Source: Nitrospinaceae bacterium (lineage in GTDB: Bacteria; Nitrospinota; Nitrospinia; Nitrospinales; JACRGP01). Taken from it: a stretch of DNA of 64,000 nucleotides. Location: assembly GCA_029261575.1 (NCBI GenBank), contig JAJDBD010000085.1, positions 388 through 64,387 of the forward strand, read 5' to 3'. Each line of letters begins with the position of its first letter. Position 1 is the first letter of the stretch. Positions 18,978-28,714 of this stretch are shown piece after piece. The notes under the pieces are model-generated. The model did not search any database. It was not told where the DNA came from and saw only the letters and a list, made by a program, of their open reading frames with translations. A program made the position numbers and the translations under genes.

Positions 18978-20312
18978 TTAACTGGGGGAATTGCCCTGAT
19001 TTCTGAGATAGGACAATTCGCGAGGAATTTTTTTGTCCTCGCAATAATTGTGTTTTGCCAGGATCTTCAAATCGTCGAGAATTCTTCTGTCGCCTTCAAA
19101 CACCACCGTTTGGTATCCCTTGTCCGCAACGGCCCCTCCGGCCTGCAACAAACTCATCACCGATTTGGCGCTGAATTTTTCGTCGTCCACCCACAAAAAA
19201 GCTTCTCCCTCGTGTTGCCTCACGATCAACGAAATATAGGTGCTGGGCCGGGCGTGGAATCCCAAGGGGTCCGGAACGGGCAGTTCGTATCGCACGGTTT
19301 TCACCAGACTCTTCAAACATTCCTCGCTGATTTTCTCGCCGCAACGAATGAATTGCAGAGCGTAATAAAATCCGAAGTTAACAATTTTGCTCAGGAGTTC
19401 GTTTTTATCCACCAGCTTGGCAATTTTGCGTTTGCACTCCCCCGTTCTTATCTCATCTTCGTGCCTTTCATAAAAATGCGTCAGCCATAAAACCAGCTCC
19501 AGCAAATGCAGGGGAAGGGAGATATAGCCGCGCAAATTATTCAATCGGGGATACTTTTGTTCCAGGCCGGTATTTTTAACATAAGTGTCGTAATCGGATT
19601 GAACGCTATGAACCATATTTTGATACAAGCGCGCTCTCTTTTCGTCAATTTTGGCGGGAACTAAACTTTTCAGCGTATCCCAGTCCTGGGTTCTCTCAAT
19701 CTTGGCCTGGGACATCATGGCGGCCAGTTTCTGATATTTTTGACAAATATCGAGGACCCGCTCCGCTTCGTCCTTGACCTGGTCCTCTTCAATGTTTTTA
19801 GGCAATCGCCGAAAGGCTTCCAATTCCGGAAAAATATCCAAAGAATCATTATCCGATAAAATCAGAAGACCGTTTTCTTTTCCAACCCTGGCGGCTTCCT
19901 CGAACAGTTTGACAATGGATTGGTTTAAAAACTGCAGGGCGTCTTTGGCGTCGGAGAAAAAACTGCTTTCAAACTCCACCGATTCGCTCAGGTTATAGAA
20001 TGGGTACCTATCAAGAAGATGCTTTAAATAAAAGGCGGAAAGGGAGAGGTTTCTGATCGAGGCGATAAATTCGGTGAACGCGTACCAGGTTTTATTTTCG
20101 CGGGCGCCGTGTTCGTCCAAAAAACTTTCGAAGTCGTGCGAATTTTGAACCAGACTTGAATAGTCCTTTCGGGTAATCGTCTGCTTTTTTTCGAGCCTCA
20201 ATAAAAAATGATTGAAGGCGTAAAAGAAGGACCCGCAAACTTCCTGGGCCAAAGGAAGGAATTCTTCTTCCTGAACTATCTGGCTTAGCGATTTAGGTTC
20301 ATCGGCGTCCAT
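18978..20312 (-). CDS. large helical protein with C-terminal HPr phosphocarrier domain
   Basis: GFHARPS (His15 equivalent) and SAKSVMSL (Ser46 equivalent) in the last ~100 aa. Confidence 0.82.
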   Translation of the reverse strand: MDADEPKSLSQIVQEEEFLPLAQEVCGSFFYAFNHFLLRLEKKQTITRKDYSSLVQNSHDFESFLDEHGARENKTWYAFTEFIASIRNLSLSAFYLKHLLDRYPFYNLSESVEFESSFFSDAKDALQFLNQSIVKLFEEAARVGKENGLLILSDNDSLDIFPELEAFRRLPKNIEEDQVKDEAERVLDICQKYQKLAAMMSQAKIERTQDWDTLKSLVPAKIDEKRARLYQNMVHSVQSDYDTYVKNTGLEQKYPRLNNLRGYISLPLHLLELVLWLTHFYERHEDEIRTGECKRKIAKLVDKNELLSKIVNFGFYYALQFIRCGEKISEECLKSLVKTVRYELPVPDPLGFHARPSTYISLIVRQHEGEAFLWVDDEKFSAKSVMSLLQAGGAVADKGYQTVVFEGDRRILDDLKILAKHNYCEDKKIPRELSYLRNQGNSPS

Positions 20313-20359
20313 AAATCAGGAGACACGGCTTCCCGGTTGCCCGGTTGAAAAATAAAAAC

Positions 20360-20911
20360 TCAATTTAAGGCGCCCGCGAGAAAAAGTTTTTTTGGAAGAT
20401 ATTTTTTCCAAGCCTCGACATGCGAAGGAGAGTCTGAAGAAATTTGAAAAGGATACAATTGGTAATCGGGCTTGAACGGTTTCCTGACCAGGTTCATATC
20501 GATCTCCTGCAAACTTCGGTCGCCTTTTCTAAGGTTACAAGGCTTGCAGGCCACCACCACGTTAACCCAGTTGGTCTTGCCGCCGCGGGATTTTGGCAGG
20601 ATATGATCCACGGTCATCAAACGCGAATTGTCGCCGCAATACTGGCAGGTATAATTGTCCCGGCGCAAAATATTTTTCTTACTGAAGGAGATCCCTTTAC
20701 GGCGTTTGCGCCGCACCATTTTAAGGGTTCGAATCACGATGGGAAGCCGATACGCTGTGTTGGGGGTTCTCACAAAACAGCCGTCCAGCTCCAGGCTCTC
20801 GGCGCGACCGGTCAGCACCATGACGATGGCTCGTTTGGCGTTGCAAAACTGGAGCGGCTCGTAGGAATAATTGAGAACCAGTATTTTTAAAGAGTCCAAA
20901 TTAACGGTCAT
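20360..20911 (-). CDS. HNH endonuclease (McrA-like)
   Basis: LVLNYSYEPL, RDNYTCQYCG, TVDHILPKSRGG, NVVVACKPCNLRK. Confidence 0.92.
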   Translation of the reverse strand: MTVNLDSLKILVLNYSYEPLQFCNAKRAIVMVLTGRAESLELDGCFVRTPNTAYRLPIVIRTLKMVRRKRRKGISFSKKNILRRDNYTCQYCGDNSRLMTVDHILPKSRGGKTNWVNVVVACKPCNLRKGDRSLQEIDMNLVRKPFKPDYQLYPFQISSDSPSHVEAWKKYLPKKLFLAGALN

Positions 20912-21017
20912 AATAAATCCCGTTTTGGAAATATTTTAAAGTAAAAATTCTATCCGCAAGAATTTGCAGTGTCAATGATTTTCCAGCCCACAACGCCGAC
21001 TAGCGGCCTTTGCAGAC

Positions 21018-22442
21018 TCAAGGATCGAAAATATTGCCGCGACCCAAGATCCAACCGGGGTCCAGAGTTTTCTTGATGAGTTTCAAATCAGTTAAAGCCT
21101 CCGCCCCGATCATTTGCAGAAAATATTCTTTTTTTAGTTTGCCAATTCCGTGTTCTGCGGATACGGTCCCTCCAAAACTTAAAATCCGGGTCGCAAGGTT
21201 TTGACAAACCTCTTTGGCTTTTGACAAATCGTTAGCTTCCGGCAGGAGGTTTATATGAAGATGGTTGTCGCCGATATGTCCAAAAGCGACGTAATCTATT
21301 CCGGCGGCTTCGAGTTCACGGTCGTAAAATTTCATCATCTCCAGGAAACGTTCGTCGGGCGCCGCCATGTCTGTCCCTACTTTAACCCTTCCCAGGCGAC
21401 TGTTCTCTTCGTTGATCATGACGGGGAGTTCATGCCGAAAGCCGTGAAACTTTTCCAGGTCTTTATCGTTTTCAGCAAACCAGGAATCCTCAAGAAGAGG
21501 ATCGCGGTCCAGAAGATTTTCACACCATCGGTCAAATAGAGAATCGTAATCGCCGCCAGGTTCGACCGCCTGTTCGAAAAACAGAGCGGCGTCCACCTTG
21601 TCGGGAATTTGGCGGAATTTTATTCTCAAGCGATTTAGGGCGCGACGATCAAAGTATTCGAGAGAGCAAGGCGTCAACGCGCCAGCGTGGTCGGAGCGCA
21701 AGTCCTGAACGAGCTTCCAACAATTTTCTTTCTCTGCAAAAAACAAAACCCCGCTCAAAAAACGGTCCGGGCGCGGAAGCAATTTCAAACGCGCGCGGGT
21801 GATAATTCCCAGGGCGCCATCGGAACCGACAAAAAGGTCCAACCAACTCATTCCTGGTTGAACATAAAAACCGGCCGCGTTTTTGCACGCAGGACTTGTA
21901 TAGTCGACGCTGGGAAATTCTATAAACGAACCGTCGCCCAGTTCCAGGGGGCGGTCGATCTTGTGATCCCGATTCAGTCGAAACGACCTGCCATCCGCCA
22001 AAAAACCTTCCAGTTCCAATACGAAGTCGCGGGTGACTCCATAATAAAAACTCCTCGAACCGGAGGCGTTGGTTGCAATCGTTCCGCCAATGGAAGCCAA
22101 TGTTTCGGTGGGATTAGGAGGATAAAAAAATGCGCTGGATTTCAGACGATCCTGAAGGTCCCGCAAGGAAACCGCAGGTTCCGCTGTGATGGAATCGTTT
22201 TCCAATCCGCCAATTTTTTTAAATCGTTCGAGGGAAATAATTTTTCCGCCGTCGGGGATGCGGGAGGCGGTCAATCCCGTTCCCGCTCCGGCTACCGTAA
22301 TCGGGCCGTTGTTGGTTCTTAAAAAGTTCGCCAATTCTTCGGGGGTTTCTGGAATCACAACTTCTTCGGCGAATCCCAGCGAAAAATTGGAAGCGTCTTT
22401 AAGGTAAGGGGCGATCGCTTGAGGGTCGGTTTTGCGTATCAT
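21018..22442 (-). CDS. FAD-linked D-2-hydroxyacid dehydrogenase (GlcD/D-lactate/D-2-hydroxyglutarate dehydrogenase family)
   Basis: GAGTGL, SIGGTIATNASG, GSDGALGII, GHIGDNHLH, SAEHGIG. Confidence 0.88.
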   Translation of the reverse strand: MIRKTDPQAIAPYLKDASNFSLGFAEEVVIPETPEELANFLRTNNGPITVAGAGTGLTASRIPDGGKIISLERFKKIGGLENDSITAEPAVSLRDLQDRLKSSAFFYPPNPTETLASIGGTIATNASGSRSFYYGVTRDFVLELEGFLADGRSFRLNRDHKIDRPLELGDGSFIEFPSVDYTSPACKNAAGFYVQPGMSWLDLFVGSDGALGIITRARLKLLPRPDRFLSGVLFFAEKENCWKLVQDLRSDHAGALTPCSLEYFDRRALNRLRIKFRQIPDKVDAALFFEQAVEPGGDYDSLFDRWCENLLDRDPLLEDSWFAENDKDLEKFHGFRHELPVMINEENSRLGRVKVGTDMAAPDERFLEMMKFYDRELEAAGIDYVAFGHIGDNHLHINLLPEANDLSKAKEVCQNLATRILSFGGTVSAEHGIGKLKKEYFLQMIGAEALTDLKLIKKTLDPGWILGRGNIFDP

Positions 22443-22457
22443 TTTTGAAGATGGGGA

Positions 22458-23075
22458 TTACGGCAAACGCGAAGATTCCATCAAACCGTCAGCCTGCGGA
22501 GGCAAAAACCCCTGGTAACCGTTGTGCCGCTCAATCAATTCCAGCACGGTAAAGGCCTTGCCGTTTACGATTTCCGGATGGGTGAAAATCTGGCGCAGGT
22601 CGGCGCCTGGCTCGCCTATGATTTTAGAGGGGAATTGGATGTTTTTTGATTGGAGAGAATCTACCGCCCACTCTATATCTTCAACCAATACGGCGACGTG
22701 GTGAAAGCATTGATCGCCATGTTGTTCGACCCAGTCGGGAATCAGACTGCCCTTCCCTCGTTCTCCATCAAACGCTTGATCGATGAATAACGCCGGGTAT
22801 CCGGGCCTCCTGTAAACTTTGGCCCACCAACTGTCGAAATTCAAAACTCCTATGGAACGATCGTATTCAAAACCGAGCTTTTGAACCTCGCAGGCAATCT
22901 TTTCCACGTCGCGGGTGCGGATAGTGCAATGATCCAACACGGGAGCTAAACCGACGCCTGATTGATGCAGGGAATCCGCCATCAATCTACCGGCGGAATT
23001 TCCGGAAAGAAACCGGTCTATATATTGTTTGAAAAATACGTCGACCGGCGCGGAGGTTTCAGGATCCGTCTTCAT
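22458..23075 (-). CDS. VOC-fold metalloenzyme (HPPD C-terminal / DUF1338-HglS-like)
   Basis: DHCTIR, HHVAV, LRQIFT, LELIER..YQGF..ADGLMES; His/His/Glu triad. Confidence 0.72.
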   Translation of the reverse strand: MKTDPETSAPVDVFFKQYIDRFLSGNSAGRLMADSLHQSGVGLAPVLDHCTIRTRDVEKIACEVQKLGFEYDRSIGVLNFDSWWAKVYRRPGYPALFIDQAFDGERGKGSLIPDWVEQHGDQCFHHVAVLVEDIEWAVDSLQSKNIQFPSKIIGEPGADLRQIFTHPEIVNGKAFTVLELIERHNGYQGFLPPQADGLMESSRLP

Positions 23076-23232
23076 TTTTTTTAATCGTTTCCGACTCCTG
23101 CGCCTCTTTTTTCTTTTTAAGTTCTTCGTCTACAATTCCGGGGAATTGGTTTATGAATTTGGCGTATTTGATCATCATGACAACGACCCAAATGGCGGTC
23201 AACCCGGCGATTATGCTAACGATATCATTCAC
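23059..23232 (-). CDS. 57 aa single-pass membrane protein (below ORF-track cutoff)
   Basis: GAGGAGG 8 nt before a GTG start; MNDIVSIIAGLTAIWVVVMMIKYAKF...; overlaps the start of the next gene. Confidence 0.75.
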   Translation of the reverse strand: MNDIVSIIAGLTAIWVVVMMIKYAKFINQFPGIVDEELKKKKEAQESETIKKNEDGS

Positions 23233-23310
23233 AACACATTCCTCCTCAACGCAAATCGGTGTTTTCCTTCAAATTATATTTTATCACGACCGCCGCAAAA
23301 CGAGTCCCTT

Positions 23311-24876
23311 TCATTGCCGGGAAGCGACAGTTTGTCGACATTGGCCCACCCATTCCTTTTCATATTCTAATTTGTTCGCGGCCTTCAAATTTTCCACCCC
23401 CTGTTCGCATTTATAAAAAGGAAAATCCAGTAACATCCGGCCCACGGTATAGCGACTGTTAATAAATTGCTCCTTGTTAAATCCGACGTCGCGTACATAT
23501 TCGGCGGCGGATTTTATTCGTTCCCACTCCCAGGCGTCCGATGTTTCCAAAAGGCGACTTTCCTGAATTTTCTTCGCAATGGCATGGGCCATTAACAAAT
23601 GACCGTTGATGTTGGGATGGACGTGTTCCAGAAAAAACTCATTCCCCACAAAACCGCTCTCGGCGGCTTTTTCAAATTCCTTTTCCATAACCAGAACCGG
23701 AACATCATTTTTCCTTCCCACCGACGTTATTATTTGATTGAACAATAAGCAGGCCCGCAAATGAATTTTATCCATTTCCCTGGCATAGTTGTAGGCGCGC
23801 CTTGCCCGTTTAAGTTTTCCGGATTTATCGTAAGCCTTGCCAAGCCAATAATAATAACGCGCATAATTTGGCGCTGTTGAAACGGCAATATTGAAGCGCT
23901 CCGCCGCTTTGTCATATTCGTCCTGGGCATAAAATTTATTGCCCTCTTGAAAGGCCCTTGATGAATTCGCCCTTTCCTCCGGCGTTGTGCTGGAAGAAAA
24001 TTCAGATTGAAGGGGAGAGAAGTCGCGCGTGTTGGAAGCCAGGGTGGATAGCAAAACAGGCATTCCCTTTTGGCGCGCCAGTTTTAAAATTTCAATCAGG
24101 TTTTTTTCAAAATTTCTTGCCGTAGCCAAATGATCGGCGTCTTCCCAGTTCATCTTTTTTTGGCTCAGCATCGTCTTGAACATATTGACCCGTCCATCCT
24201 TGGCCGCCTCTTGCCTGCCGATGGATTTCACTTTTAACATGCCCCGTTCGGCGAGCAAAAATAAGCGCGACCCAAATAGCCCGGTCAAAAGTCTGTTGAT
24301 CAAATGATTATTGCCGTAGTTGATTTTGGAATTGACTCCAAAGTGACCAATGAACTCATTGTGCCCGGTATAAATAAAAATCAAATCGGCTTGCTGGTCG
24401 ATAATTTTTCCAAAAACGTCTAGGACGCCGTAACTACTCAGAGCGTCGTAACCGGCGTTGATCACTTCTATATTTTTATTCGGTAGCAAATCGGATAGAA
24501 TCTCCTGCAAAAATCCCGAATAGCTGATTCTGCGATTGGTGAAGGGGAATCCGCGGGTGGTGGAGGCGCCGATACAAAAAATTCTTATTGAATCGGGGCT
24601 TTTTTCTTTTTTGAACGCCGTGTCTTCAAACCAGGGGTTCTCCTTGAATAAAGCGCCGAGTTTAACGGGTAAATGGCGAAAATAATGCAGGGCGATATAC
24701 TGGCTGTTGAGCGATTTTTTTGCGGGACTTTGTTTGCCGGGTTCTTCAATTACAAAATCAAAATTTTCGCCAAAACCCACGGCCCAAAGTCCAGCCTCCA
24801 GTAGCCCCAAAAAACAAAGCCCGGCAAAAATCAGCAATAACCTGGAAAAGAATGGTTTATAATCAGCGAGGCGCAT
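23311..24876 (-). CDS. membrane-anchored SGNH-hydrolase-like protein with TPR repeats
   Basis: N-terminal TM; IGASTT, INAG, GHNE, EHVHP blocks; TPR-like YYYWLGKAY. Confidence 0.8.
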   Translation of the reverse strand: MRLADYKPFFSRLLLIFAGLCFLGLLEAGLWAVGFGENFDFVIEEPGKQSPAKKSLNSQYIALHYFRHLPVKLGALFKENPWFEDTAFKKEKSPDSIRIFCIGASTTRGFPFTNRRISYSGFLQEILSDLLPNKNIEVINAGYDALSSYGVLDVFGKIIDQQADLIFIYTGHNEFIGHFGVNSKINYGNNHLINRLLTGLFGSRLFLLAERGMLKVKSIGRQEAAKDGRVNMFKTMLSQKKMNWEDADHLATARNFEKNLIEILKLARQKGMPVLLSTLASNTRDFSPLQSEFSSSTTPEERANSSRAFQEGNKFYAQDEYDKAAERFNIAVSTAPNYARYYYWLGKAYDKSGKLKRARRAYNYAREMDKIHLRACLLFNQIITSVGRKNDVPVLVMEKEFEKAAESGFVGNEFFLEHVHPNINGHLLMAHAIAKKIQESRLLETSDAWEWERIKSAAEYVRDVGFNKEQFINSRYTVGRMLLDFPFYKCEQGVENLKAANKLEYEKEWVGQCRQTVASRQ

Positions 24877-24961
24877 TTTTAAAACAAATAAAGTTTTTAC
24901 AATTTAGGTTTCAAAACCATCATTCACTTTTGGACGCCGGAAGCGCTCCCTCACTCAAACC

Positions 24962-25765
24962 TTGAAAATGCGACGCCTGACCCGATTCCATTCAAATATC
25001 TTTTTACCTCTTCTATTTGCCTGGACGCTGGCGGCGGGCTTCCTGCTTTTGCCCGGTCCTTGCTTTGGAGGAAAGGACAAACAGATTGTCCCCTATGAGG
25101 CGCGCGTCGTCCCATTCAGTCGGGAAGAACGCGAAAAATACGGCGTCAAATTGCGGCAACCTTATATCATGGACGTCCGGTCAATTCAGGAAAGTATGCG
25201 TTCTTTAACGTACCAAACCAAGAGTTTTTTTTGGTCCGAAGCCCGGCCCGTGTTCGACAGCGAACAGATACGCAACCTGAGTCCGCTCATTCAAAAACAG
25301 CTGTCTATTGCGGACGATTCGCAAAAAGCGATTTTCAGATATTTGGACGACACGGGCAAACCCGCAATTCAAGGGGACGCGTTTATCGGCAAAAACGGTT
25401 TGAACTGGAGGTTCATTTTATTAAACGGGATTAAAAGAAAAGTTGGAGACTTTAACGTCTTTGGCGGCAGTTGGAAAATTTCAGGCGCCCAAAACCTGAA
25501 ATACAAAACCAAAAAGGTCTTTTTCTTTTTTAATAAAAAAATCACCAACTGGGTTGTTGGAAAAAATATCCGCCCCGTTTCCCGTCTGGCAATCAAACCG
25601 GCGTTGCCTCCCGGAAGCCCGGCTAGCGATAACGATAAAGCGCCGTCTCTTTCTTCCGACGAGGTTGAAAAAAAATTGCAGGTTTTGAAAGAATTGAAGG
25701 ACGAAAACCTGATCGACGATAAGGATTACGAAGCCAAACGGCGGGAAATTTTAAACAGTTTCTAA
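24962..25765 (+). CDS. exported protein with C-terminal SHOCT domain
   Basis: signal peptide; [27 protein letters not shown]. Confidence 0.78.
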   Translation: MKMRRLTRFHSNIFLPLLFAWTLAAGFLLLPGPCFGGKDKQIVPYEARVVPFSREEREKYGVKLRQPYIMDVRSIQESMRSLTYQTKSFFWSEARPVFDSEQIRNLSPLIQKQLSIADDSQKAIFRYLDDTGKPAIQGDAFIGKNGLNWRFILLNGIKRKVGDFNVFGGSWKISGAQNLKYKTKKVFFFFNKKITNWVVGKNIRPVSRLAIKPALPPGSPASDNDKAPSLSSDEVEKKLQVLKELKDENLIDDKDYEAKRREILNSF

Positions 25766-25781
25766 GGTCAGGAGATTTTCA

Positions 25782-26735
25782 TTGCTCTATAAAATCAACA
25801 GCGACAACACGGTGGACATTGACGGCGTTTCGCTCGCTCTCAGCCATCCGGACGAATCCGATCCGGAATGGATTGGCCAGGAGGAAGTCCTGAAACAACT
25901 GCTGGCGTGCTGGATGGTCGTGTCCGAAAAAGATTTCCCGCTTTCTCCGCGTCTGGTTGGAATGCCGGGAATCGGCAAAACCACTTTAGGTATGGCCGCG
26001 GCCAAGCATAGAAAACAACCTTTATTCATATACCAGTGCACCAGCGATACGCGGCCCGAGGATCTTCTGGTCGTCCCTGTATTGGCGGGTTCGGGCAAAA
26101 TCTCCTACCACGCCTCGCCTCTTGTCGCCGCGATGCTGGTAGGCGGTATTTGCATCCTGGACGAGGGAAATCGTATGAATGAAAAAAGCTGGGCGTCCCT
26201 CGCGCCCTTGCTGGATCAGCGCCGGTACGTGGAATCCGTGATCGCCGGAATTAAAATCCACGCCCATCCGGAGTTTCGCGCCTGCGTTACCATGAACAGC
26301 GACGAGTCTACTTTTGAAATTCCGGATTATATTCTTTCCCGCCTGCAACCCACCCTGCCGTTGACCCTTCCGACCCTGGAAGACGAAATGGCCATTCTAA
26401 AATACCACCTGCCTTTTGCCGAGAATGAATTGCTGGGAATCTGCGCGCAATTCCTACAAAAGGCGCATCGCCTGGACCTGGATTACTCCATCCGCGACGG
26501 CATTCATATTATTCAATATGCGCTCAAGCGATTAAAACAGGACCCCTCGCATCCACTGGCCAAGGATCGCTTTTGGAGCGAAGCGGTCGAAAAAGTTTTG
26601 GGGGAGGAAGCGTTGAACCTGGACGCGCTTGCGGAAAAGAAAAAGCGCGCTCTGGGCGATGATAAGTTGCCTATGGGATTGAGCGATTTCTTTTTCGGCG
26701 AGGACAGCCCTCTTCATCCAGACAGAGATTTATAA
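25782..26735 (+). CDS. MoxR-type AAA+ ATPase (AAA_5)
   Basis: Walker A GMPGIGKT, Walker B CILDEGNR, sensor TMN, arginine finger SRL. Confidence 0.88.
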   Translation: MLYKINSDNTVDIDGVSLALSHPDESDPEWIGQEEVLKQLLACWMVVSEKDFPLSPRLVGMPGIGKTTLGMAAAKHRKQPLFIYQCTSDTRPEDLLVVPVLAGSGKISYHASPLVAAMLVGGICILDEGNRMNEKSWASLAPLLDQRRYVESVIAGIKIHAHPEFRACVTMNSDESTFEIPDYILSRLQPTLPLTLPTLEDEMAILKYHLPFAENELLGICAQFLQKAHRLDLDYSIRDGIHIIQYALKRLKQDPSHPLAKDRFWSEAVEKVLGEEALNLDALAEKKKRALGDDKLPMGLSDFFFGEDSPLHPDRDL

Positions 26736-26767
26736 AACCGGGCAACGCCCGGTGGAAGAGTTTGAGA

Positions 26768-26838
26768 TGCAAACTCACCCAAGCGCGTGGCGTTACCCAA
26801 ATAAGTTCCGCCCTATTGCCTCCTGGCGCTTGCCTGGC
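26768..26838 (+). repeat. dispersed ~70 bp intergenic hairpin repeat, copy 1
   Basis: shares TGCAAACTCACC, CGTTACCC, CGCCC and TGCCTCCWGGCGCTTGCCTGGC, in the same order, with 58439-58506. Confidence 0.85.
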
Positions 26839-26870
26839 GGACAGGGATATATAAAAATCGGTTCGATAAG

Positions 26871-28694
26871 ATGAAAAGTATTTTTTCTCTCAGCGAAAAA
26901 ATTGAAATTCTCCCCGTGGTGCATGGGAGCGGAAATTTTACTCGAACGATACGCGGAAAAATTCTCGCCTCCGCCTGCGACTGCCTGGCCGTGAGCCTTC
27001 CACCCGAATTTCAATCCACGTTGGAAGCGGGTATCCAAAAGCTTCCCTACATCTCGCTAAGTTGCCAGAGGGAGGAGGACGGCTCTATCAATTACGCCCC
27101 CATCGATCCCTGCCAGCCGGTGATTGCCGGCTTGCGGATCGCCGTGCAGGAAGGAATCCACAGGGCTTATATTGATCGAAGCGTCGCCCGTTGGGAAGGC
27201 GCCCAGGCTTTTTTCCCGGACGCTTTTGCCCTCTCCGGCCTGTCGCACGAAAAATACTGCGCCGCCTTGTTGCCCGCCCTGCCCCGGCCTGCGCCGGATA
27301 GCCAACAGGATAAACGGGTTTGCTGGATGGCCTATCAGCTCCACCAGTTGGAAATAAATCATAAAAAAATACTTTTCATTTGCTCCGTCCTGGACTGGCC
27401 CTGGGTGAAGGAAGCCTATGACGAGCGCCGGAAGTATACCCAGCCGGAAGCGCCCGTCGCCGCGCCGGAACTTTTTGGAGTGGAACCGGATTCTCTGTTT
27501 TTTGCCTTGAGCGAGTTTCCTTACGCCACTTACCTGTTTGAAAAAAGAAGAGAGGAATTGAAGTCCGACCGCGACTTCTCCCTGGACGGAATCAAGGAGA
27601 TTTTATTAAAAGGGCGCGATATATTTTTAGACAAGCACAAGAAACGTTTTCACAATCTTTCTTCGCAAACGTTTCAAATCTACCTTCAATACGTGCGTAA
27701 CCTTTCCTTGATGGAAAATCGCCTGACTCCGGACTTGTATACGCTGGCGACTACCGCCAAACAAATCGGCGGCGACGCCTTTGCTCTCGCCCTGTTGGAA
27801 GCGGCCCGGACCTATCCCTATCAGGAACAGGAGTCGGGATTGGAAACCTTGGAGCTTGGAATCGATCAGGCGGTGTTCGGCGACGACCAGGCCGTGGCGA
27901 TGAAAAACCGCCTGCTGGAGACCTCCGTTGAGTGGCGCAACCTGAATTTAAAAAAGGAGCCGGAACCCGACAAACAGGAGAAATGGAAGTACACCTGGAA
28001 TCCTTACGGGCAATGCTCTTGGCCTCCGGAGGACGAGGTGATCGAAAGTTTCCATACGCATGTTCGGGAACAATCCAAACTGATATGCAACGACCTGGCG
28101 CGACCGGAGAAATTCACCTCGTCGGTGAAAGACGGAATCGACATGCGGGAGACCCTGCGGAACTGGCACAAGGGGGATATTTATGTAAAAGAAATTCCTC
28201 CCAGCCGGGGCGGGGTGGAAATCGTCGTTTTTCTTTTCGAGATGGAACCGGACCCCAAACAATATCCCTGGCGGCAAACCTGGTACGCGGAGCACAACGA
28301 AGAATCCACGCTTTGCTTTTATGCGACGGATTATGGGAATAAATTGCAGGGACCTGGGATCGCCCAAGCGGTTTACGGAGGATGCATGATGATTTTTCCG
28401 CCTCGCCCGATACCCAATATTTGGGACGATCCGAGAATTCACAGAGGCGAGACTTTGGAGGAAAAATTGCTGGAGGCTGCATTTTTTCATTCGCGGGAAA
28501 AACGCGTGACCGTGGTTTCACCCGGCCTTCCCCTCCCTAACTGGCGGCGCCTGGCCCGTCAATTGGGCAAACAGATCATTCACATTCCGCTAAAGCGTTT
28601 TTCCAATCAAACTATCGAAAAGGTGCGCCGCTTTCACATTCTAAACGGCAAGGAAGTCCGTCTGTTTGCCAACCGGTTCATACAGGATATTTGA
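26871..28694 (+). CDS. hypothetical protein, putative partner of the AAA+ ATPase
   Basis: 607 aa; N-terminal LPVVHGS..DCLAVSLP; C-terminal DGIDMRETLRN followed by a hydrophobic strand. Confidence 0.8.
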   Translation: MKSIFSLSEKIEILPVVHGSGNFTRTIRGKILASACDCLAVSLPPEFQSTLEAGIQKLPYISLSCQREEDGSINYAPIDPCQPVIAGLRIAVQEGIHRAYIDRSVARWEGAQAFFPDAFALSGLSHEKYCAALLPALPRPAPDSQQDKRVCWMAYQLHQLEINHKKILFICSVLDWPWVKEAYDERRKYTQPEAPVAAPELFGVEPDSLFFALSEFPYATYLFEKRREELKSDRDFSLDGIKEILLKGRDIFLDKHKKRFHNLSSQTFQIYLQYVRNLSLMENRLTPDLYTLATTAKQIGGDAFALALLEAARTYPYQEQESGLETLELGIDQAVFGDDQAVAMKNRLLETSVEWRNLNLKKEPEPDKQEKWKYTWNPYGQCSWPPEDEVIESFHTHVREQSKLICNDLARPEKFTSSVKDGIDMRETLRNWHKGDIYVKEIPPSRGGVEIVVFLFEMEPDPKQYPWRQTWYAEHNEESTLCFYATDYGNKLQGPGIAQAVYGGCMMIFPPRPIPNIWDDPRIHRGETLEEKLLEAAFFHSREKRVTVVSPGLPLPNWRRLARQLGKQIIHIPLKRFSNQTIEKVRRFHILNGKEVRLFANRFIQDI

Positions 28695-28714
28695 GCTCCG
28701 CCAAGAGCCGTAGA

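Noticed and set aside
20360-20911. HNH protein as IscB, Cas or a defence nuclease
   Set aside because: 183 aa with no RuvC motifs, no methylase and no array; matches the widespread stand-alone HNH type.
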